A stretch of DNA of 41,825 nt, taken from the NCBI GenBank assembly GCA_050259635.1, contig JBLNBA010000001.1, positions 137,329 to 179,153 on the forward strand, written 5' to 3'. Numbering within the stretch: the first letter of the stretch is position 1; each line of letters opens with the position of its first letter. Below, piece after piece: positions 19,671-26,423 of this stretch. A model generated the notes under the pieces. It worked only from the letters and a program-made list of their open reading frames with translations. It made no database searches and was not told the DNA's origin. Source of the stretch: Bacillota bacterium (lineage in GTDB: Bacteria; Patescibacteriota; Patescibacteriia; Patescibacteriales; UBA12465). The translations under genes and the position numbers were made by a program.

Positions 19671-20960
19671 TCAATATCTTTTGAAAAATAGTTCGCCGCC
19701 AGAATGACGGTTTGCGGATGACTTGATATCATTACTATCTAGGTCATTCGATATGCAGTTACCCGGCTGGCGTCCTGAGGTCCCGCCATGGCAATCACCA
19801 AACTTGCCATTTCCCATGTAAATAAATACGTGACCAAAGCCGGATTTGCTATTTGACGGTGCCCAGCCGATGAGATCTCCGGGTTTAAGGCTGGAGACCT
19901 GGCCATTCCAGGCGGATTGGTCCTTGAAGATGCCGGCGGTATTTTGGTCTGCCGTCTTTCCGTTGGCACACTTGATCGCGAAGGAAGCAAAGCCGGAACA
20001 GTCATTGAATACCGTCCCGTTGGGACCGGTCTTTCCTCTCTGCGGATTATTATAGGTCGTCTTGCCTTTGGAATTATTGATAATTTCTTCGATGCTCGTA
20101 TTATTACAGTCTACTCCTATAATCCCGCTGATACCTGCCATATCCAAGGCTACTGCGGTCGTACCTTCACTGTCCGGCTCGATATTTATGCGCTCGATCG
20201 AATTCAGGGCAAGGGCATTTAATTTTATGAGATCAGGATTAATCTGTTTGAGGATCGTATAGGTTCCAACCAGGATTATCAATCCAGTGACACTACCGAT
20301 GATCAGGCTTTTAGCTTTCGTTATCCGAGAGGCATCTCCCGCTGATACCAGCCACATGACGCCTCCAGCCATGAGCATGATAGCGGCTAAAATACCTCCA
20401 ATTCCCAGGCCATATCTGTAAATACCATTGATGTATTGGGAGATCCACGGAATCTTGCAGGTAGTGGGGTTCTCGGGGTCATCGCAGGTTGCTTCCGTAA
20501 AGTGCACGGTATTGATGGGGATGGAAAGTTCCGGCATGATCCAGGCGGCTGGTTGATAGACGAAATTGGATGGACAGCAGCATTTTGTCTGGACGTAATT
20601 AGGTTTTTTAGCCAAGTCGCAATCCGTACCTTCTCTCTCAGATGCAAAGCATTCAGGGGCAGATACTTGGCCGTAGGGATTGGCGTTGGGGGATGAAGCC
20701 CAGCGGCAAGAGTATTGAGATTGAGATCCAGTATTTGCTGCGCAGCAACAAGGAATGTTGGCATTTTCTCCATAAGGGCTCGGTTTAGGTAGCCCCTGGC
20801 AATTGCTTGGATATGCCTCGGTTTTCCCTACTGCAGAGCAAGTTAGGGATTCAGGTGAGGCCGGCCGTTCCCATCCGCAATTCGAATATGTGGTTTCGGC
20901 CGAAACGCCGCCGGCGATGATGAATGAGATAGCAAAGATGATGGCGATAATGCGCTTCAT
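19671..20960 (-). CDS. Signal peptide + two Cys-rich repeats + VirB2/TrbC-like pilin + NlpC/P60 cysteine peptidase
   Basis: Signal MKRIIAIIFAISFIIAGGVSA; pilin-like two-TM core GILAAIMLMAGGVMWLVSAGDASRITKAKSLIIGSVTGLII..INP; C-terminal NDCSGF, LKPGDLI and GHVFIYMGNGKFGDCH. Confidence 0.82.
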   Translation of the reverse strand: MKRIIAIIFAISFIIAGGVSAETTYSNCGWERPASPESLTCSAVGKTEAYPSNCQGLPKPSPYGENANIPCCCAANTGSQSQYSCRWASSPNANPYGQVSAPECFASEREGTDCDLAKKPNYVQTKCCCPSNFVYQPAAWIMPELSIPINTVHFTEATCDDPENPTTCKIPWISQYINGIYRYGLGIGGILAAIMLMAGGVMWLVSAGDASRITKAKSLIIGSVTGLIILVGTYTILKQINPDLIKLNALALNSIERINIEPDSEGTTAVALDMAGISGIIGVDCNNTSIEEIINNSKGKTTYNNPQRGKTGPNGTVFNDCSGFASFAIKCANGKTADQNTAGIFKDQSAWNGQVSSLKPGDLIGWAPSNSKSGFGHVFIYMGNGKFGDCHGGTSGRQPGNCISNDLDSNDIKSSANRHSGGELFFKRY

Positions 20961-21799
20961 AATTTATATCGCTTGATATTTTCCTCAACTATTTTTTTGA
21001 GCTTGTCGTCCATCTTATTGGGAAATCGTCCTTGGAGGGAAATGTAATCATTCAAAGGGAGGAGCATGGTCTTACTTGAGAGGGAGGAGGATACCAATTT
21101 ACCGTCCTGAAATTCCACCAAGGGATACAGGCCGGTTTGGACCGCCAGTTTAGCGGCCCTCACCGCTTCATCGGTCTTTATCTTCCACCCTGGTATGCAA
21201 GGGGAAAGGATCTGGATGTAGCTCGGTCCTGGAGTGGCCAGGGCTCTTTTTACTTTGCGAACAATATCTTCGGGATAGCCTGCGGCCGTCTGGGCGACAT
21301 AAGGCACTTGGTGGGCTAAGGCGATAGCCATCATGTCCTTCTTTATTTCGTTGGCTCCGGCCGGGGTAGTAGCAGTGAGGGCGCCGGGAGGGGTTGAACC
21401 TGAAGATTGGAAGCCGGTATTGGAATATCCTTCCGTGTCGTAGCAGATATATAAGACCTCGTCGCCTCTTTCAAACAGGCCACTGATAAATCCGATGCCG
21501 ATATCAAAAGTTGCTCCATCTCCCGCTTGGACTATAACCTTGGTCTTTTTCTTGTTTTTCCTTAAGGCCGCGCGCACTCCGGCGGCGACAGCAGCGGAAT
21601 TTTCAAATAAGGAATGCATCCAAGGGAGGCGCCAAACGCTCTGAGGGTATGAAGTGGTGGTCACCTCCAAACAACCGGTGGCATTGATGATGATCGTATC
21701 CTTATCCAAAGCACGCATGACCGATTGGACAGCTGAAAGCTGCCCGCAGCCGGCGCAGGCGTTATGTCCCGAAGCTATCTTTTTATCATTGTCTAGCAT
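20957..21799 (-). CDS. porB: Pyruvate (2-oxoacid):ferredoxin oxidoreductase beta subunit
   Basis: GHNACAGCG, ATGCLEV, FENSAA, TPP motif GDG..YDTEGYSNTG and SPCIPGW. Confidence 0.93.
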   Translation of the reverse strand: MLDNDKKIASGHNACAGCGQLSAVQSVMRALDKDTIIINATGCLEVTTTSYPQSVWRLPWMHSLFENSAAVAAGVRAALRKNKKKTKVIVQAGDGATFDIGIGFISGLFERGDEVLYICYDTEGYSNTGFQSSGSTPPGALTATTPAGANEIKKDMMAIALAHQVPYVAQTAAGYPEDIVRKVKRALATPGPSYIQILSPCIPGWKIKTDEAVRAAKLAVQTGLYPLVEFQDGKLVSSSLSSKTMLLPLNDYISLQGRFPNKMDDKLKKIVEENIKRYKL

Positions 21800-21800
21800 G

Positions 21801-22838
21801 TCATTTTTCTTTATTGCAGCATCTTAGGTTCTTGTCCTCATTGCATCCGCGTCCCAATCTGTCTACCCAAAGGTTATGGTTATTTACCTGGTCACATTTT
21901 CCTTCTTTTACGCCGTTTCCTTCCGCATAACAGATACTTCCTCCGCGGTCTCCGCAAGGCTCCCCTTCCTCTCCCAAGCCGTAATAGCTGATTTCGGTGT
22001 AGCAATAGCATTGCGGCCCGCAGCCGCTACCATCTGTCTGGCCGATGCAGGCCTCCTCGCAGCTTACACCTTTCAGGGTTTGTTTCTCGATACAGTATCC
22101 TTTTGTTTTAGCGACAAAATGATACTCCGTTTCATCATAGGAAGAATAGGGGATAGTATTCCCGGCGGCGCAGAAGGAATTATATACCGGGATGCACTTC
22201 TTATGGTTCCTCTCCTCATATTCGCAGCAGGACCAGTAATCTTCGTTTAGGCACTTAAAGCTATTTTCTACTTCATCATTGCCGTTCGTTTTCGGCATGC
22301 TGGTGCATTTAGTGTCCGGAGGGCAGACGGATGAATCCTCCGGACAGACGAATCCGCCATTGGTATTCCTTTGCATCGGTACCAAGCCTTTTGTTTCACT
22401 ACAGCAGTAATGGAGGCCTTCGATCGCAGAAATATCCGTGCCGCTCATATCGAGCAGGGCGGGGTTTATTGTTTTTAACATCATCCATGAGCCGACGAGA
22501 AGCAGAAGGCCGACGATACTGCCGGTTATCATCTTCTTGGCCCTTCCGACCATGTCGCTGCTGCCGGCGGAAGTGAGCCAGAGGACGCCCCCGGCCATTA
22601 TCATTATTGCCGCTAAGATTCCTCCAACCCCTAATCCCCAATCATAAAAGCCCTTTATCATCTGGCCGATGTAGCCGGTACTGCCAAAAGTGAGTTCGGT
22701 GGAAGTCCCCATTCCCGGGAGACCCACCTGCGATTTGAAGACGAGGGGATCTTTTATGCTAGGCAAGGCATGAGCGTTTTGAATTCTTGCCAGCAAGCTA
22801 AGAGACAGAGCAATGAAAGGGAGGAAGATTTTTTTCAT
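21801..22838 (-). CDS. Signal peptide + VirB2/TrbC-like pilin + Cys-rich C-terminal domain
   Basis: AHA cleavage-like site; GILAAIMIMAGGVLWLTSAGSSDMVGRAKKMITGSIVGLLL..INP; 22 Cys counted by hand in the C-terminal ~205 aa. Confidence 0.8.
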   Translation of the reverse strand: MKKIFLPFIALSLSLLARIQNAHALPSIKDPLVFKSQVGLPGMGTSTELTFGSTGYIGQMIKGFYDWGLGVGGILAAIMIMAGGVLWLTSAGSSDMVGRAKKMITGSIVGLLLLVGSWMMLKTINPALLDMSGTDISAIEGLHYCCSETKGLVPMQRNTNGGFVCPEDSSVCPPDTKCTSMPKTNGNDEVENSFKCLNEDYWSCCEYEERNHKKCIPVYNSFCAAGNTIPYSSYDETEYHFVAKTKGYCIEKQTLKGVSCEEACIGQTDGSGCGPQCYCYTEISYYGLGEEGEPCGDRGGSICYAEGNGVKEGKCDQVNNHNLWVDRLGRGCNEDKNLRCCNKEK

Positions 22839-22839
22839 A

Positions 22840-23970
22840 TTACCAATACCGCTGGCCTGTCCGGCCGGCGTTCTTTATAATATCGCTTATTATCCGGCGG
22901 CTCACATCCCGGCCGCCGAGCCCGACAATATTGCCATTAATATCCTTGCCCCCCGCGGCGACTGATACTTCCAGGTATAGAGGTCCGGCGGAGCCGGCGG
23001 AGGCTGCTTTTTCAATAACGGCTATCCTATCCGCTTTAGCGATGAAACGGGTAACATCCTTCGTTGGGAAGGGGCGGAAGCTGCGGATCTTGAGAAGGCC
23101 AGCCGTCTTATCTTCTTTCAGCTTCTCCTTGATCGTTCCGCACATCGAACCCATGGCGATAAGGAGCGTCTTGGGTGCGGCGGGTCCGGTGTATTCCACT
23201 AGGCCGTTATCAAAACGGGGTTTAATCGCGCAGTCGGAGGGGAAGATCTTTTTCCATTCAAGATAGAGGCGGCTGATTTCTGCTTGGGCGGCCTTCATAT
23301 CCTCATCCAGCTTTTTTCTCTCCAACCAATAATGTTCAGGGCCGAAAAATCCGCCCAGGGTGGCGGGGTGTTTGGGGTCCAAATAAGTTCCCTTGGCCGG
23401 ACGGTATGCCGCCAAGAAGCGCTTTATCGTTTTCTTATCGGGGATAGAAACTTTTTCAAAGGAGTGGGTGAGGATGAAGCCGTCCACATTGACAGCCGCG
23501 GGAATGCCAAGAGATTCGGCTAGGCGGCAGGCGATGACGTGCCAGTCACAGGCTTCTTGATGGTTTTCGGCGAAGAACATCAGCCAGCCGGCATCGCGCA
23601 TCGCCATGGCATCGCTGTGGTCATTCCAAATGTTTATCGGTCCCCCCACTGCCCGGTTGGCTACGGTCATGAGAAGAGGGAGGCGCAAGCCCGCCGCGTT
23701 ATACAGTACTTCCAGCATGAGCAACAACCCTTGGGAGCTGGTTGCGGTATAGGTTCGACTACCGGCGGCACTGGCTCCAAGGACGATCGAGGCGGCGGCC
23801 GCTTCGCTTTCCGCCAGGACGTATTCGTAATCTTCTCGGCCATCGGCTTTGAAACGGGCCAGGTCCTCAACGATATGTGTCTGAGGCGTGATGGGGTATG
23901 CGGAAACAACCTCGGGGCTGAGGTTGGCGACGGTGAGGGCGATGGCGCGAGATCCTTCTAAGAAAGCCAT
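22840..23970 (-). CDS. porA: Pyruvate (2-oxoacid):ferredoxin oxidoreductase alpha subunit
   Basis: AYPITPQT, ESE, TATSSQGL, NRAVGGPINIWNDHSD, DGFILTH, RSFRPFP and GLGGRDV. Confidence 0.94.
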   Translation of the reverse strand: MAFLEGSRAIALTVANLSPEVVSAYPITPQTHIVEDLARFKADGREDYEYVLAESEAAAASIVLGASAAGSRTYTATSSQGLLLMLEVLYNAAGLRLPLLMTVANRAVGGPINIWNDHSDAMAMRDAGWLMFFAENHQEACDWHVIACRLAESLGIPAAVNVDGFILTHSFEKVSIPDKKTIKRFLAAYRPAKGTYLDPKHPATLGGFFGPEHYWLERKKLDEDMKAAQAEISRLYLEWKKIFPSDCAIKPRFDNGLVEYTGPAAPKTLLIAMGSMCGTIKEKLKEDKTAGLLKIRSFRPFPTKDVTRFIAKADRIAVIEKAASAGSAGPLYLEVSVAAGGKDINGNIVGLGGRDVSRRIISDIIKNAGRTGQRYW

Positions 23971-23971
23971 A

Positions 23972-24244
23972 TCATTCCTGTTCCATCTTTATGGCGCCAA
24001 ATGGGCATTCAGCCGCACAAAGGCCACAGCCTTTGCAGTAGTCGTAATCCGGGAAGGCTTTGAGCTTATTAAGTTTATCCATCTTCATGTAAATGCAGGA
24101 ATCCGGGCAGAGCTTGGAACACAGGGAGCAGCCGGTGCAGGTTGCGTGATCGAAAATCGGTTTTTGGCTGCGCCAAAATCCCGTTTTATTGCCCACGGAT
24201 GAACCCGGTTCTATTTTTGGCTGTATATCATTTCTAACTTTCAT
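23972..24244 (-). CDS. porD: Pyruvate (2-oxoacid):ferredoxin oxidoreductase delta subunit (2x[4Fe-4S])
   Basis: PGSS..NKTGFWRSQKP, CTGCSLCSKLCP and DYDYCKGCGLCAAECP. Start ATG 24244 (or 24250) overlaps the porC end. Confidence 0.92.
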   Translation of the reverse strand: MKVRNDIQPKIEPGSSVGNKTGFWRSQKPIFDHATCTGCSLCSKLCPDSCIYMKMDKLNKLKAFPDYDYCKGCGLCAAECPFGAIKMEQE

Positions 24245-24791
24245 ATTCATAGGCCGCGATAGCTGCCTGCTTATTATCCTTAATAAGTTTGTCGTTCCGG
24301 CCGGCAAAATTTTCTTCTATTGCTTTAAGAAGGGAAGGAAGGGAAATCAGGCGGCTTGAGAAGGCAAATGCTCCGGTAAGAGCCGTGTTGGCGAATGGTT
24401 TATTGAGATATCGCCGGGCGATATCCGTGGCCGGTATAACGGATATGTTCTTTGCCGCAACTCCCGGCAGGATCCGCAATATCTCTTCTTTGGGGGCGGA
24501 GCTATTCACTATTATCTTGGTATTTTTCTTAATGCCCGAAACTATGGCTTCATCTCCGAGTAGGGTGCTGTCCGCTATGATGAGAAAATCAGGTTCATAG
24601 ACCTGTTCGCGGAGGACGATTGGTTGGCGGCTGATGCGGACAAAGGCCTGGATAGGGGCGCCGCTTCTTTCTACGCCGAAAGCGGGGAAGGCTTGGGCTT
24701 CATAGCCCTCGATATGGGCGGAGAGGGCCATTAGCTCCGAAGCGGTCACTATCCCTTGTCCGCCGCGTCCGTGAAGGCGTATTTCCATCAT
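24234..24791 (-). CDS. porC: Pyruvate (2-oxoacid):ferredoxin oxidoreductase gamma subunit
   Basis: EIRLHGRGGQGIVT, AFPAFGVERSGAP and NTALTGAF. Confidence 0.94.
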   Translation of the reverse strand: MMEIRLHGRGGQGIVTASELMALSAHIEGYEAQAFPAFGVERSGAPIQAFVRISRQPIVLREQVYEPDFLIIADSTLLGDEAIVSGIKKNTKIIVNSSAPKEEILRILPGVAAKNISVIPATDIARRYLNKPFANTALTGAFAFSSRLISLPSLLKAIEENFAGRNDKLIKDNKQAAIAAYEYES

Positions 24792-24795
24792 AATC

Positions 24796-25548
24796 TTATT
24801 GGGCGATTAGTCCTTCGATAACGCTTTCGAAGTTTGCTTGAGGGTACATGCCGGTCACCTTGTAATGGTTGATAAACCAGGTGGGAGTGCCGGAGAGTCC
24901 CAAGAGTTCTGCATCGGCGAAATCGTCATTTAAGCGATGCAGATATTTCTTGGAATCAAGGCAGGAATCAAAATCGACGGTATTCAGGCCCATTTCCTTG
25001 GCCAGATCTTTCATTGGTTGCTTGACGCTTTCGTCATCCAGCTGGCTGTATTGGTCTTGGCGCTCGAAGATCTTATCGTGCATTTCCCAGAATCGGTTCT
25101 GGTCGCCGGCGCAATTGGCGGCCAAAGCCAGGCTGACAGAATTATCATGCAGAGGATAATTGCGGAAGATAAAACGGACACCTTCTCCGTATTTTAAGGA
25201 TAAATCTCGCATCATCGGGGATGCTTCCTTGCAGAAAGGGCAGGCAAAGTCCGAAAACACGACAATCTGCGCCTTGGCATCGTCCGGGCCCAGGCTGAAA
25301 CTTTCCCCCCGGCCATCAATGGCAGCGGTTATCTTTTGGATTTCTCCCGCTTCGAAAGCGAGGGTTTTTTCCCGTTGATAGCTCTTTACTTGCTGGATGA
25401 AATATATCGTTCCGGCGATGAGGGCGGCGAGGGCTAGGAGACCAACCCCAACTAGGATCATCCCCCACTTTTTCCTATACCAAGGACGGAGCTTTTTGTG
25501 GTGACGTTCCTTCATTTCCAGATATTGGATGCGTTCGTCTAGGCTCAT
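24796..25548 (-). CDS. dsbA: Membrane-anchored DsbA-family thiol-disulfide oxidoreductase (BdbD-like)
   Basis: N-terminal TM segment, FSDFACPFCK (CXXC), FRNYPLH, a second Cys pair (NCAGDQ / FDSCL) and cis-Pro loop GTPTWFIN. Confidence 0.88.
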   Translation of the reverse strand: MSLDERIQYLEMKERHHKKLRPWYRKKWGMILVGVGLLALAALIAGTIYFIQQVKSYQREKTLAFEAGEIQKITAAIDGRGESFSLGPDDAKAQIVVFSDFACPFCKEASPMMRDLSLKYGEGVRFIFRNYPLHDNSVSLALAANCAGDQNRFWEMHDKIFERQDQYSQLDDESVKQPMKDLAKEMGLNTVDFDSCLDSKKYLHRLNDDFADAELLGLSGTPTWFINHYKVTGMYPQANFESVIEGLIAQ

Positions 25549-25556
25549 ATCTCTAA

Positions 25557-25585
25557 TTGAAAAAAGGCTTATTTTCCTTTATACT
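25557..25585 (+). promoter_or_regulatory. Candidate sigma70 promoter for xth-leuS-rsmA
   Basis: TTGAAA (25557-25562), 17-nt spacer, TATACT (25580-25585). Confidence 0.55.
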
Positions 25586-25608
25586 AAATGGGTATTAATA
25601 ATGATTCA

Positions 25609-25617
25609 ATTATAACA
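25609..25617 (-). promoter_or_regulatory. Candidate extended -10 promoter for the dsbA-por-pilin operon
   Basis: The minus strand reads TGtTATAAT, about 60 nt upstream of the dsbA ATG. Confidence 0.55.
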
Positions 25618-25659
25618 TAAGGCGTCTTTCGTGGCTATTTTAGAGACCTTTGCGCGTAT

Positions 25660-26418
25660 ATGAGAATATTATCATGGAATGTTAACGGTATTCGGGCTGT
25701 TTTAGCTAAGGGCTTTTCGGCTTTTCTTCAAAGGGAGCAGCCGGAGATAATCTGTTTACAGGAGATTAAGTTGGGAGAAAAGGCGATGTCTAAGGCAAAA
25801 TTGGAATTTCCTGGGTATCAGGCTTACTGGAATGGAGCCGAGAGAGCGGGTTACAGCGGAACGGCTATTTTGGTAAAGGACGGATTAGAACTTCCGGTGA
25901 CCAAGGGCCTGGGGAATCCAAAGTTTGATTCCGAGGGCCGGGTCCAGGTATTGGAACATAATGATTTTTACCTAATCAATGCCTATTTTCCCAATTCTAA
26001 CGCCGTTTTAGGGCGCTTGGGATATAAGTTGGAATTCAATGAAACCCTGATGAGCTTTGCCAAGAAATTAGAGGAAAAGAAACCGGTAATCATTACCGGT
26101 GATTTCAATGTCGCTCATGAAGAAATAGATATCGCTCGGCCGAAAGCGAATGAAGGGGCTGCCGGGTTCACTAAGGAGGAAAGAACTTGGTTCGGCGATT
26201 TGTTGGGGCGGGGATTCATCGATACCTTTCGGGATATTTACCCGGCCAAGATCCAATATTCTTGGTGGAGCTTCCGGGCTGGCGCCAGGCCTAGGAATGT
26301 CGGATGGCGCATTGACTATTTCGTTATTTCAGCTAAACTTAGAAAAAAGGTTAAAGATTCTTTCATCCTTGACCAGGTACAGGGTTCCGATCATGCACCT
26401 ATCGGGATCGAAATATAA
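25660..26418 (+). CDS. xth: Exodeoxyribonuclease III / AP endonuclease
   Basis: SWNVNGIRA, LQEIK, GYSGTA, GDFNVAH, YSWWS, GWRIDY and GSDHAP. Confidence 0.96.
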   Translation: MRILSWNVNGIRAVLAKGFSAFLQREQPEIICLQEIKLGEKAMSKAKLEFPGYQAYWNGAERAGYSGTAILVKDGLELPVTKGLGNPKFDSEGRVQVLEHNDFYLINAYFPNSNAVLGRLGYKLEFNETLMSFAKKLEEKKPVIITGDFNVAHEEIDIARPKANEGAAGFTKEERTWFGDLLGRGFIDTFRDIYPAKIQYSWWSFRAGARPRNVGWRIDYFVISAKLRKKVKDSFILDQVQGSDHAPIGIEI

Positions 26419-26423
26419 GGGAT

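Noticed and set aside
9736-24307. ORF-track starts at 9736, 12105, 15484 and 24307
   Set aside because: These are upstream extensions; ATGs at 9790/9808, 12177, 15493 and 24244 fit promoter positions, gene overlaps and family N-termini better.
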